A stretch of DNA of 64,000 bases from Halarcobacter sp. (GCA_963676565.1 OY781089.1:2176001-2240000); one strand, 5' to 3'; shown: positions 21,461 through 31,446, counted from the stretch's first letter. Notes: generated by a model not told the origin, from the sequence alone. A program made the numbers and translations.

Positions 21461-22092
21461 CTAAAATCTTTTTCTCTATTTAAAAGCATTAAAAGTAAAG
21501 TTGTTAAAACATTAATAGGTCTTGAATTTAAATCTAATAGTTTAATAGATTTAGAAAATAGTTCAAGTTCTTTTTGACTTAATTTAATTTTTTGGGAATT
21601 AACTTTAAATAAAATTGTTTCAACTATTTTTTTTGCGTCATTTTTATTTATTCTTTGATTCTCTTTTAAAAATACATATAATTCTTTTAAATCTAATCTG
21701 GAAATATCCATATCAATTTCATTTCTTGAGATACTTCTTTTTAAAAACTTATGGGGAATTCTTGAAAAGATAGTTGGTAAAATTGAAGATTTGGAATTTG
21801 TAATAATTATAAATACAATATTTGTAGGTGGTTCTTCAAGAACTTTTAGCAAAGAGTTTTGAGCTTCACTTCTAAAAGTTTTACCACATAGAATTATATA
21901 CTTCTTTTCATTTGATGAGATATATGCTTCTTTAACAGCTAAGTTTGCTTGAGCCAATAGAAACTCATCTTTTTCTTCATTTCTAATAACTCTAATTTGA
22001 TGTTTAGGATAATGAGTAACTAAAGAGTTTAAAGTCTCATCAATATCATTAACTATTAAAATATGTGGAGTTTCAATTTTATTTTCTATCAT
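21457..22092 (-). CDS. holB: DNA polymerase III subunit delta'
   Basis: AQNSLLKVLEEPP, ILPTIFSR. Confidence 0.88.
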   Translation of the reverse strand: MIENKIETPHILIVNDIDETLNSLVTHYPKHQIRVIRNEEKDEFLLAQANLAVKEAYISSNEKKYIILCGKTFRSEAQNSLLKVLEEPPTNIVFIIITNSKSSILPTIFSRIPHKFLKRSISRNEIDMDISRLDLKELYVFLKENQRINKNDAKKIVETILFKVNSQKIKLSQKELELFSKSIKLLDLNSRPINVLTTLLLMLLNREKDFR

Positions 22093-22643
22093 TAATGCTC
22101 TACGTTAATCTCTGCAAAAAGTGCAGCATTTAAAGTTTTGTCATATAATCTAAACATCTGTAATAGTTTCATATCTAAAGCCTCATCACTTGTTTTTAAA
22201 TTAAAAGCATCTTGTATCTCTTCATCAAAAATCCAAAGAAATGAATTTTTTGAAAATTTAGGTAAATTGGCTCTTATATCATTACTTTTCCCAATATACC
22301 AAAAACAATAGCCATTTGGGAAAGAGATATTTAACATATCTTTTATAAAGCTAATATCATCTTCAGTTTTCAAATCATCTAAATCTTTATAAAATGATTT
22401 AAAATTATAAAAGGGTAGAAATGGTCTATTTTTTCTATTTGAATTTAGATTAGTTAAAATATATTTCAAAAACCAGTCTCTCTCACTATCTGTGATAATA
22501 AGTACAGAACATCCTTTTTCGAATATATTTACTATTGATTTAGAAACTAAAGGAACCCATTCATATTTTTTTTCCTCTAGCCAAGGGGAGATAAGTCTAT
22601 CTTCCCTTATGGTATCCACTGTCCAATTTAAAAATTCTTGCAC
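22092..22643 (-). CDS. hobA: DnaA-binding replication regulator HobA
   Basis: WLEEKKYEWVPL, RPFLP, FWYIG. Located between lysC and holB as in Campylobacterales. Confidence 0.88.
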   Translation of the reverse strand: MQEFLNWTVDTIREDRLISPWLEEKKYEWVPLVSKSIVNIFEKGCSVLIITDSERDWFLKYILTNLNSNRKNRPFLPFYNFKSFYKDLDDLKTEDDISFIKDMLNISFPNGYCFWYIGKSNDIRANLPKFSKNSFLWIFDEEIQDAFNLKTSDEALDMKLLQMFRLYDKTLNAALFAEINVEH

Positions 22644-22653
22644 TATTTATTAC

Positions 22654-23124
22654 CTATTTATCCAAGTTATATGCATCATGTAAAACTCTTACAGCCAATT
22701 CAGCATATTTTTCCTCAATGATTACAGAAATTTTAATTTCAGAAGTAGAAATTATTCTAATATTAATATTTTCATTTGCAAGTGCAGTAAAAGCTTTTGA
22801 TGCAACACCTGTATGTGATTTCATACCAACACCAACAATTGAAACCTTACAGATTTTATCATTGTAATCAATATTTCCAACTTCATCTTTAAAAGTTTCC
22901 ATAACATCTTTACAAATTTCCCAATCAGTAGTAGGAATAGTGAAGTCTAAATCAGTTTTACCGTCAACACCAACTGTTTGTACAATCATATCAACGTTGA
23001 TTTTTGCATCTGCAAGAGCAGTAAAGATTGTTGAAGCGATACCTGGTCTATCTGTTACTCCATACATACCAACTCTTACTTGGTTTCTATCTAATGCAAT
23101 ACCACTCACTACTGGTTTTTCCAT
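22654..23124 (-). CDS. Probable aspartate kinase beta subunit (internal in-frame start at Met248)
   Basis: TAAGGA SD 10 nt before an internal ATG that opens the ACT-ACT region (MEKPVVSGIA). Confidence 0.55.
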   Translation of the reverse strand: MEKPVVSGIALDRNQVRVGMYGVTDRPGIASTIFTALADAKINVDMIVQTVGVDGKTDLDFTIPTTDWEICKDVMETFKDEVGNIDYNDKICKVSIVGVGMKSHTGVASKAFTALANENINIRIISTSEIKISVIIEEKYAELAVRVLHDAYNLDK

Positions 23125-23865
23125 AATATTTTCTTCCTTAGTTATTAATGTTCCTTCAACCTCAGGCGTGAAGCTACTCCTTGAAACTAAATTTACATTT
23201 AGTTTTTTTGCCATTTCAACAGATCTGTTTTGTAAAACTTTTGCACCAGCACTTGCTAACTCTAACATCTCATCATAAGAGATTTCTTCAAGTTTTTTTG
23301 CCTTTGGTTCTATTCTTGGATCTGTTGTATAAATTCCATCAACATCTGTATAAATTTCACAAACATCCGCTTCTATTGCTCCAGCTATTGCAACAGCAGT
23401 TAAATCACTTCCACCTCGACCTAGTGTTGATACTCTACTTGTATCCATTGTAACACCTTGAAAACCTGCAACAATGATGATTTTCCCATCACTAATTGCT
23501 TTTTTCATACTTGTCGTATCAATTGATTCAATTCTAGCTTTCATATGAGCATTATCTGTAACAATACCAGCTTCTCTTCCACTCATAGAGGTAGCTTTGT
23601 AACCTTGTTCATTTAATGCAATTGAAAGTAGTGCAGAAGTAACTCTTTCTCCTGAACTTAAAAGCATATCCACTTCATCTGCTTTAGGAGTTTTTGAATA
23701 ATACTCAGCATATTCAATTAATTTATTTGTTTCACCACTCATTGCAGATACTACTGCAATAACATCATGACCTTCATCTCTGATTTTTTTAATAATCTCA
23801 GCAACATTTTGAATTCTTTCTAATGTTCCTACACTTGTTCCACCAAATTTTAAAACTTTTAACAT
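22654..23865 (-). CDS. lysC: Aspartate kinase
   Basis: KFGGTSV, VVSAM, TLGRGGSD, two ACT domains. Confidence 0.96.
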   Translation of the reverse strand: MLKVLKFGGTSVGTLERIQNVAEIIKKIRDEGHDVIAVVSAMSGETNKLIEYAEYYSKTPKADEVDMLLSSGERVTSALLSIALNEQGYKATSMSGREAGIVTDNAHMKARIESIDTTSMKKAISDGKIIIVAGFQGVTMDTSRVSTLGRGGSDLTAVAIAGAIEADVCEIYTDVDGIYTTDPRIEPKAKKLEEISYDEMLELASAGAKVLQNRSVEMAKKLNVNLVSRSSFTPEVEGTLITKEENIMEKPVVSGIALDRNQVRVGMYGVTDRPGIASTIFTALADAKINVDMIVQTVGVDGKTDLDFTIPTTDWEICKDVMETFKDEVGNIDYNDKICKVSIVGVGMKSHTGVASKAFTALANENINIRIISTSEIKISVIIEEKYAELAVRVLHDAYNLDK

Positions 23866-23881
23866 CTAATTTTACTAACCT

Positions 23882-24379
23882 TTAAATATAACCTTCTTTT
23901 TTAAAGTACTTTAAAACTTGTTTGTATACAGTTCTTTTAAAAAAAGTTATGTAATTATATATATTTTTTGTAGCTACAAATTTATATTCACTAAACTCAG
24001 GGACGTGAGTATTAATGTTTATTTTTGCGCCTTTTTTTAATTTAACTAAATAATACTTCTGAATTTGTCCATCAAATGGGTACATTTTCTTCGCGATTGA
24101 AGGAGGGAAGTCATAACTAACCCATTGGGGGTACTCTGCAATTATTTCAATCTCTCTTGTTCCAATCTCTTCTTCAAGCTCTCTAAATAAAGCCTGCCTT
24201 GGTGATTCTCCATCATCAATCCCACCTTGGGGGAATTGCCATGCATTATCTACATCAGTTCTTGAAGCAATAAAAACTTCACATTTTTCAGGGTATTTTG
24301 CTGATAGTACTATTGCCGCTACATTTGGTCTATACTTTTTCTTTTCTTTACTTAATTCGTCATTTTTTTTATCAGTCAT
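23882..24379 (-). CDS. rppH: RNA pyrophosphohydrolase
   Basis: YRPNV, WQFPQGG, Nudix box RELEEEIG. Start at ATG 24379 with AAGGG SD. Confidence 0.93.
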   Translation of the reverse strand: MTDKKNDELSKEKKKYRPNVAAIVLSAKYPEKCEVFIASRTDVDNAWQFPQGGIDDGESPRQALFRELEEEIGTREIEIIAEYPQWVSYDFPPSIAKKMYPFDGQIQKYYLVKLKKGAKININTHVPEFSEYKFVATKNIYNYITFFKRTVYKQVLKYFKKEGYI

Positions 24380-24434
24380 AAATAATATTTCCCTTATAAT
24401 TAGCCGCATATTATAATAAAACTAGGATTAAAAA

Positions 24435-25499
24435 TTGCTTTTATACTTACACATTCCATTTTGCGATTCTAAATGCCACTATTGCGCATTTAACTCATAT
24501 ACAGATAGATTTCATCTAAAAAAAGAGTATATGAAAGCATTAGAAAAACAACTAAAATATGAACTTGAAAAAAATATGGGTAAAAATCAATTTTTACAAA
24601 CAGTTTTTTTTGGAGGAGGTACTCCAAGCACTGTAAAAATTGAAGATTATGAAAATATTTTTAAATTAATAAATAAATATAAAACAGAAAATACAGAGAT
24701 TACAACAGAGTGTAATCCAAATTCAGCTTCTTTAAAATGGCTTCAAGGAATGAAAGATTATGGAGTCAATAGAATAAGTTTTGGAGTACAAAGTTTTGAC
24801 GATAACAAGTTAAAAAAGTTAAATCGTGCGCATAATGCAAAAGGAGCAATAACTGCTATACAAAATGCTTCTTGTATAGGTTTTAATAGAATTAACTGTG
24901 ATATAATTTATGGAGTTCAAGGTGATAGTTTTGATTCATTAAAAAATGATTTTGATACTATTTTTTCTTTACCAATTGATCATATAAGTGCTTATTCTTT
25001 AACCTTAGAAGAGGGAACAAAATTTTTTAATAAATCTGAAATAAAAATTGATGATGAAGAGTTATCATATAAGATATTTAAATATTTAAAAAATAATGGT
25101 TTCAATCAATATGAAATCTCTAATTTTTCAAAAACAAAAGAAAGTGAATCAAGACATAATTTTGGCTATTGGGAACATAAAAACTATATTGGTGTTGGTG
25201 CTGGAGCTGTTGGTTGTGTAAATAAAGTTAGGTATTATCCTAATAAGCTAATAGAAGAGTACATTTCAAACCCTTGTGAATATGAAATTGAACATTTAAG
25301 TGATGAGGATGTTATTGTTGAAAAAGTATTATTAGGTCTTAGGTGCTCAAATGGGTTTAACATTAATATATTAGATGAAAATCAAAAAATAAAAGTAAAA
25401 GAATTAATAGATAATAAAAAACTTACATTAATAGATGATAATATTTATAATAAAAACTTTCTTTTAGCAGATGAATTGGCACTTTATATCCTAGAGTAA
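24435..25499 (+). CDS. hemW: Radical SAM heme chaperone HemW
   Basis: LYLHIPFCDSKCHYC, GGGTPS, YEISNF, HNFGYW. Confidence 0.88.
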   Translation: MLLYLHIPFCDSKCHYCAFNSYTDRFHLKKEYMKALEKQLKYELEKNMGKNQFLQTVFFGGGTPSTVKIEDYENIFKLINKYKTENTEITTECNPNSASLKWLQGMKDYGVNRISFGVQSFDDNKLKKLNRAHNAKGAITAIQNASCIGFNRINCDIIYGVQGDSFDSLKNDFDTIFSLPIDHISAYSLTLEEGTKFFNKSEIKIDDEELSYKIFKYLKNNGFNQYEISNFSKTKESESRHNFGYWEHKNYIGVGAGAVGCVNKVRYYPNKLIEEYISNPCEYEIEHLSDEDVIVEKVLLGLRCSNGFNINILDENQKIKVKELIDNKKLTLIDDNIYNKNFLLADELALYILE

Positions 25500-25544
25500 T
25501 CTATTTTTGACTATAATTGCATCTTTTATAAAAGGTAAATATAA

Positions 25545-26369
25545 ATGACTATAAAAGAGTGTGTTAGAAAATATTCACAGGAATTAAAATTTGTAACTCA
25601 TATTCCAGCAAAAGAGGTTGAGATATTAATTGGATATCTACTTGATAAAAATCCAATTTGGCTACATCTTAACTATAATAATGAGTTTGAAAAAGAAAAA
25701 GAGTTAAAAAAACTAGTATCTAAAAGAGCAACAAACTATCCTTTGGAGTATTTAATAAAAAAAGCTTCATTTTATGGAGAGAATTTTGTTGTTAGAGAAA
25801 ATGTATTAATCCCTAGACCAGAAACTGAACTTTTAGTAGATAATGCTATTGAGATATTAAAAAATCAAAAATCAAAAATCAAAGTATTAGAAATAGGAAC
25901 TGGTTCTGGAATAATTTCTGTTATGTTAGCAAAACTAATAGAAAATATTGAAATTATAGCAGTTGATATAAATGAAGATGCATTATCCCTTGCAAAGGAG
26001 AATGCAAAAAAACATAATGTTGAAGAAAAAATAGATTTTAGATTGAGTGATCTATATGAAAATGTAGCTGAAAATGATATTTTTATGACGATTTCAAATC
26101 CTCCTTACATAGCAGATGATTATAAACTTCCTGAAAATGTAAAGTATGAACCAAAAAATGCACTTTTTGGAGGAAAAGTAGGGGATGAACTTTTAAAAAA
26201 GATTATAGATGAAACTTATAATAAAGATATTCTTTATCTTTTATGCGAAATGGGTTATGATCAAAAAGAACCTTTAACAAAATATTTTAAATCGTTAAAG
26301 TTAAATGACTTTAATTTCTACAAAGATTATGAAGAGTTTGATAGAGGTTTCACTTTAAAATTAAAATAA
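25545..26369 (+). CDS. prmC: Release factor glutamine methyltransferase
   Basis: LIPRPETE, IGTGSG, SNPPY. Confidence 0.94.
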   Translation: MTIKECVRKYSQELKFVTHIPAKEVEILIGYLLDKNPIWLHLNYNNEFEKEKELKKLVSKRATNYPLEYLIKKASFYGENFVVRENVLIPRPETELLVDNAIEILKNQKSKIKVLEIGTGSGIISVMLAKLIENIEIIAVDINEDALSLAKENAKKHNVEEKIDFRLSDLYENVAENDIFMTISNPPYIADDYKLPENVKYEPKNALFGGKVGDELLKKIIDETYNKDILYLLCEMGYDQKEPLTKYFKSLKLNDFNFYKDYEEFDRGFTLKLK

Positions 26370-26390
26370 ATTAAAAAATAGGAGTAATAA

Positions 26391-28358
26391 ATGTTTAATG
26401 AATTTAATATAAGTAATTTAGAAAATGCAAAAAGTAATTTAGAAGTATTGTTAACAACAAGTAAAAATGAAATTGATGAACTTTTAAAAATTGAAAATAA
26501 AACATATGATAATTTTGTAAAACCATATGAAGAAATAGGGGAGAGGGTAAATGAATTTTTAACACCAATTTTTCATATTGATTCTGTTAAAAATTCAGAA
26601 ATAACGACAAAAGTGTATGAAGAGTGCCTTCCTTTAATCTCAGATTATGAAACTGTGATATCTCAAAATGATAATATTTATAGGTCTTTAAAAGATATAC
26701 AAGATAACTATAGTACCTCTTTAAATGATATACAAAAAAAAGTACTTGAAAATGAAATTAGAGATTTTAAATTAAGTGGATGTCATTTAAATAATGAAAA
26801 AAAAGATAGACTTAAAGAGTTAAATTTAAAACTTAGTGAACTATCTCATAAGTTTTCGCACAACCTTTTAAATGCAACAAATAGTTATGAAATGATTATT
26901 GATAATTATGAAGATGTTAAAGAGTTACCACAGTCAGATTTAGCTTTAGCTAAGTTTGAAGAGGATGGAATAACTAAATATAAATTCACACTTCAAATGC
27001 CATCTTATTTAGCATATATTACATACGGTTCAAATAGAGAAAAAAGAGAAGAAATTTATAAAGCTTATTGCACAAGAGCACCTGAAAATGGAAAAATTAT
27101 TGAAGAGATATTAAAACTAAAATATGAAAAAGTAAATATTTTAGGTTTTGATAATTATGCACAATATTCACTTTCTACAAAAATGGCTAAAACAGAAGAA
27201 GAAGTTGTTGAATTTTTAGAAGAATTAGCTTTAAAAGGGAAAGGCAAAGCAAAAGAAGAATTAAAAGAATTAGAAGAGTATGCAAAAGAAGATGGTATTT
27301 TTGAGCTTAAAAGTTATGATTTAGCATACTATAGCGAAAAACTAAAAGAAGCTAAATATGAAATTGACCAAGAATACTATAGACCATTTTTTGAGCAAAA
27401 CTCTGTATTAAATGGATTTTTTAATTTCTTAAATGAAGTATTTAATATAAAATTCACACTTACAAATGCAAATGCATGGGATAGTACAGTTAATGTATAC
27501 GATATAAGTGAAGATGGAAAAGTTATTGCTAGAATTTATGTGGATTTACAAGCAAGAAAAGACAAAAGAGGGGGTGCATGGATGAATAATTGGCACTCTT
27601 ACTATATAAACTCGGATGGGAAAGAGCAACTGCCAACTGCTTATATTGTTGGTAATTTCCCACCTGCTAAAGATGATACTCCATCATTGTTAAGACATGA
27701 TGATGTTGTTACACTATTTCATGAGATGGGACATGCCCTACACCATCTTTTAAGTAAAGTTCCTGAAGCACTTGTTAGTGGTATTTCTGGTGTTGCATGG
27801 GATGTTGTAGAGTTCCCGTCACAATTTTTAGAATATTTTGCTTATGATAAAGAGGTTTTAAAACTATTTGCAAAACATTATGAAACAGGAGAAGTTTTAA
27901 GTGATGAAGCTATTAATAGAATTATCAATGCAAAGAATTTTCAATCATCTCTTGGAATGTTAAGACAAGTTGAATTTGCATTATTCGATTTTAAATTGCA
28001 TCAAAAACTATATGAAACAGAAGATGAAGTTCAAGAAGTGTTAGATAATGTAAGAAAAAAAGTATCAGTTATAACTCCCCCAGAATATAACAAATTTCAA
28101 AATGGTTTTAGCCATATATTTGCAGGAGGTTATGCAGCAGGATATTATTCATATAAATGGGCTGAAGTGTTAAGTGCTGACGCTTTTTACATGTTTATTG
28201 ATTCAGGAAAAGTATTAAATAAAGACTTAGCTGTTAAGTATAAAAATACAATTTTAAAAAATGGAGGGTCAAAAGATATGGACAAACTATTCTTTGAACT
28301 TACAAATAGAGAACCAAGTGTTGATTCTTTATTAAAAATTGATGGAATTATTAGTTAA
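26391..28358 (+). CDS. prlC: M3 family oligopeptidase A
   Basis: KRGGAWM, HEMGH, VEFPSQ, GGYAAGYYSYKWAEVL. Confidence 0.9.
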   Translation: MFNEFNISNLENAKSNLEVLLTTSKNEIDELLKIENKTYDNFVKPYEEIGERVNEFLTPIFHIDSVKNSEITTKVYEECLPLISDYETVISQNDNIYRSLKDIQDNYSTSLNDIQKKVLENEIRDFKLSGCHLNNEKKDRLKELNLKLSELSHKFSHNLLNATNSYEMIIDNYEDVKELPQSDLALAKFEEDGITKYKFTLQMPSYLAYITYGSNREKREEIYKAYCTRAPENGKIIEEILKLKYEKVNILGFDNYAQYSLSTKMAKTEEEVVEFLEELALKGKGKAKEELKELEEYAKEDGIFELKSYDLAYYSEKLKEAKYEIDQEYYRPFFEQNSVLNGFFNFLNEVFNIKFTLTNANAWDSTVNVYDISEDGKVIARIYVDLQARKDKRGGAWMNNWHSYYINSDGKEQLPTAYIVGNFPPAKDDTPSLLRHDDVVTLFHEMGHALHHLLSKVPEALVSGISGVAWDVVEFPSQFLEYFAYDKEVLKLFAKHYETGEVLSDEAINRIINAKNFQSSLGMLRQVEFALFDFKLHQKLYETEDEVQEVLDNVRKKVSVITPPEYNKFQNGFSHIFAGGYAAGYYSYKWAEVLSADAFYMFIDSGKVLNKDLAVKYKNTILKNGGSKDMDKLFFELTNREPSVDSLLKIDGIIS

Positions 28359-28412
28359 TTTTTGTAATAATATGGCTTTTAAATCATATGAAAAATTATA
28401 AGGAATATGTAA

Positions 28413-28916
28413 ATGACAAATGCTGAAACTATCGCTAAATTAAATGATGCCTTAGAGAAACTAATTAAAGGGTATGAGGAGTTACAAAACTCTTACGAAC
28501 AATTACAAGATGAGAACAATAAATTAAATAGTGAAGTTAGCAATTTGAAAGATAAAATAGCAGATCTTGAAGAAAATAAAAGAATATTAGAAGATAATGT
28601 AAATGAACTTCAAGATAATACAGAAAAAGATTCATCAAATATTAGCTCTATGTTAGACAAAATTGAAGGTTTATTAAACAAAAAAAATCATCCTGCTGCA
28701 CCAAATTATTCTAAGAAAGAAGAGGGTAGTAATTACCCTTCTTCTTTAGAAAAAGAACACTCTGATAATATTTTAGATATTGATTCTTCTGAATCTTCTA
28801 ATAAAGATTTTAAAGATTCTTTTGGAGGAATAGTAGAAGAAAAAAAACAAGATGAGTCATCTGATAAAATAGATTTAAATAGAATGGCATCACTTCTTAA
28901 TGGGTTTAATAAGTAG
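28413..28916 (+). CDS. Coiled-coil hypothetical protein (ZapB-like N-terminal half)
   Basis: AAGGA SD. Continuous heptads for ~88 aa, then an acidic low-complexity linker and a short terminal helix. Confidence 0.7.
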   Translation: MTNAETIAKLNDALEKLIKGYEELQNSYEQLQDENNKLNSEVSNLKDKIADLEENKRILEDNVNELQDNTEKDSSNISSMLDKIEGLLNKKNHPAAPNYSKKEEGSNYPSSLEKEHSDNILDIDSSESSNKDFKDSFGGIVEEKKQDESSDKIDLNRMASLLNGFNK

Positions 28917-28919
28917 TAT

Positions 28920-29198
28920 ATGATTTTACTTTTAAATAAAATTTCTTTATTTTCAACTTTTGGTGTTGATTCTTTTGATTCATTAGATGCTAGTATTAAT
29001 ACAATGGCGCCTTCTATGGTTGAATACTATTTATCTGATCTTTCTTCTGGAAATGATGATACCTATTTAAATAAAAGAAATATACAAAATAGTATAAATA
29101 TAGGTGAATATTCTATTTATTTAGATTATGATGATGAAATATATTTAGAAATAGAAGACAATCAAGAAGATGACTATGAAACAGCTTCTCTATGGTAG
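28920..29198 (+). CDS. Small acidic hypothetical protein
   Basis: 92 aa ORF starting 3 nt after the previous stop. D/E-rich C-terminus. Confidence 0.65.
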   Translation: MILLLNKISLFSTFGVDSFDSLDASINTMAPSMVEYYLSDLSSGNDDTYLNKRNIQNSINIGEYSIYLDYDDEIYLEIEDNQEDDYETASLW

Positions 29199-29209
29199 AG
29201 AAAGCTGTT
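29180..29209. terminator. Hairpin spanning the junction of the convergent hypothetical gene and xerH
   Basis: AACAGCTTCTCTA-TGG-TAGAGAAAGCTGTT with one bulge. U tracts are weak. Confidence 0.5.
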
Positions 29210-30260
29210 AAAATATATCTGTAGTTTTTTTCAACTTATCTTTATCAAAGTGTGTATAAATTCTAGATGTATTTATATCTGCATGACCTAATGATTCTTG
29301 CACTAGTATCAGATCTTTACTTTTTTGATAAAGCATAGTTGCAAATGTATGCCTTAACATATGTGCACCATTTTTTTCTTTTCTAATTCCTACACTTAAA
29401 AGTATTTTTTCAACTATACTACTAATGTATGCTTGACTTAAAGGCTTGCCTTTTTGATTACAAAAGAGTAAGTTATTTTCACAACATTTAATCTGTACCC
29501 ATGCGCTAAGATCATTTTTTATAATGGATTCTTTTATCATTACAACTCTAGGTTTATTACCCTTTCCTCGAACTTGAATAATATAAGCATCTTCATCTTT
29601 ATTAAAATCTTTTAAATCGATATTTATTGCCTCACTAACTCTTATACCTGTATAGAGTATTATTTTTATTATAAGTCTATTTCTAGCAGCTATCTTGGCA
29701 CTAAAAGGGTATAAATCAATACCTTCAATAAATCTTTGGACTTCTTCTTTTTGCATGAAAGAGGGCAGTTTTGTACCACTTTTCCCAGATAAACCACCCC
29801 AGTTTTTTAATTCAATACCATATCTATATACAAATCCATTAGATTCTTCATTTTGTTTATCAATATAACCAAAAAATGTTGTTAAAGCAATTCTGTAGTT
29901 TTTTTTAGTAGCATCTGATAAAGTACTTGTTTCTGTTGCAAGAAAATCACTTAAAAGTTCTTCATCTATTTCTTTCATAGAAGAAGCTCCATAATTGTCT
30001 AAGAAATTATAGAGCTTTGAAAGAGGGATAAAATAAACATGGATACTATTAATTCCAATATTTCTAACTTCTTTTACAATATCTTTTAATAATTCAATTG
30101 AGTCAAAACCTTTTACTAATTGTTGTAGAATTTTTGCTAAACGCTCTTTATCTTTTACTTGTCGGTTTGACAATGAAGTGATTTTATTTCTAATAAATCT
30201 TGATAACCAGAATAAATAGGTTTTGTTAAAAGATGATTCAAAGTCTAGTGGATATTTCAA
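29208..30260 (-). CDS. xerH: Tyrosine recombinase XerH
   Basis: TGIRVSE, GKGNK, HMLRH, LGH, IYTH catalytic set. MKYPLD...WLSRFIR N-terminus typical of Campylobacterota XerH. Confidence 0.88.
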   Translation of the reverse strand: MKYPLDFESSFNKTYLFWLSRFIRNKITSLSNRQVKDKERLAKILQQLVKGFDSIELLKDIVKEVRNIGINSIHVYFIPLSKLYNFLDNYGASSMKEIDEELLSDFLATETSTLSDATKKNYRIALTTFFGYIDKQNEESNGFVYRYGIELKNWGGLSGKSGTKLPSFMQKEEVQRFIEGIDLYPFSAKIAARNRLIIKIILYTGIRVSEAINIDLKDFNKDEDAYIIQVRGKGNKPRVVMIKESIIKNDLSAWVQIKCCENNLLFCNQKGKPLSQAYISSIVEKILLSVGIRKEKNGAHMLRHTFATMLYQKSKDLILVQESLGHADINTSRIYTHFDKDKLKKTTDIF

Positions 30261-30287
30261 TATAAGCCCTTATAAATATATTTTACT

Positions 30288-30309
30288 TTTGGAAACTATA
30301 ATTTCCAAA
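30288..30309. other. difH-like tyrosine recombinase site
   Basis: TTTGGAAA-CTATAA-TTTCCAAA: perfect 8-bp inverted arms with a 6-bp asymmetric spacer, 28 bp upstream of xerH. Confidence 0.65.
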
Positions 30310-30335
30310 TTATATTATATATTAACTTAATACTC

Positions 30336-31424
30336 CTATCTCTTCTTTTTACCTGAACTAAAATCAATTATATATTGTGCAATCTCATCTAAATGTATAA
30401 TATCTTTTACTGCACCTTTTTGTATAGCTTTTGCAGGCATACCAAATACAACACAACTCTCTTCATTTTGTGCAACAGTATATGCACCATTGTCATGTAA
30501 GTCTTTCATCGCAATTGAACCATCGTCACCCATACCTGTCATCATAATAGCCATAGTTGATCCTCCACCTATAACATTATTAATTGATCTAAACATTACA
30601 TCCACACTAGGTCTGTGATGACTTACTTTTACAGTATCAAGTAATTTGGTTTTGTAAACAGTCCCAACTTTTTCAATTGTTAAGTGCATATTACCAGGAG
30701 ATAAGTATGCATGACCCTCTTCTAGTATCATTCCATCAGTAGCTTCATGAACTGTTAGTTTAGAATTGTCATTTAATCTATCTGCAAATGATTTTGAAAA
30801 CCCATAAGGGATATGTTGTGTTATTAAGATTGGGGGTAAGTTATTTGTTAAAGACTTAAAGACCTTTAATAGTGATTCAACTCCACCTGTTGATGAACCA
30901 ATTGCAATAATCTTTTTAGCACCAAAAGTGCTTTTTGCAGGAATTGATCTAATAACTTCATCGGGATGAATTTTTCTTTCTACATCAATATGTTTTTTTG
31001 ATAAAACTTTGTTTTTAGGAGTTGGTTTTTTTAAGGTATATCTTTTAAGAAGAAAAGTTAAATTTAATAAGCTTTCTTTTATTCTTTTAGCAAATGCTGC
31101 CATAGATTCTCCAGAATCAGGTTTTGGTATGAAACCAACGGCACCATCATCAAAAATATCATTTCCCCTAACTGATTCACCTGAAATAACAACAGCTGGC
31201 ATTGGGTGTAAACGCATAAGGTTTCTTAAGAATGTAACACCATTCATTTTAGGCATGTTTATATCAATAGTTACTAAATCAGGTTCATACTCTTTTATTT
31301 TTTCTCTAGCATCATATGCATCATATGCATCAGCAATTACTTCAAACTCATCAATACTATTAATCATGTCTTTTATAATTCTTCTCATAGATGGAGAATC
31401 ATCAATAACCAAAACTGTATACAT
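30336..31424 (-). CDS. cheB: Chemotaxis methylesterase CheB (receiver plus esterase)
   Basis: Receiver DDS/DINMP, GSSTGG, TQH, HRPSVD, MTGMGDDG. Confidence 0.95.
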   Translation of the reverse strand: MYTVLVIDDSPSMRRIIKDMINSIDEFEVIADAYDAYDAREKIKEYEPDLVTIDINMPKMNGVTFLRNLMRLHPMPAVVISGESVRGNDIFDDGAVGFIPKPDSGESMAAFAKRIKESLLNLTFLLKRYTLKKPTPKNKVLSKKHIDVERKIHPDEVIRSIPAKSTFGAKKIIAIGSSTGGVESLLKVFKSLTNNLPPILITQHIPYGFSKSFADRLNDNSKLTVHEATDGMILEEGHAYLSPGNMHLTIEKVGTVYKTKLLDTVKVSHHRPSVDVMFRSINNVIGGGSTMAIMMTGMGDDGSIAMKDLHDNGAYTVAQNEESCVVFGMPAKAIQKGAVKDIIHLDEIAQYIIDFSSGKKKR

Positions 31425-31446
31425 ATTTACTTACCCTATCCTCTTA

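Noticed and set aside
29208..30260. Tyrosine recombinase read as a prophage or island integrase
   Set aside because: Sequence matches housekeeping XerH. No att repeats, tRNA target, phage genes or compositional shift nearby.
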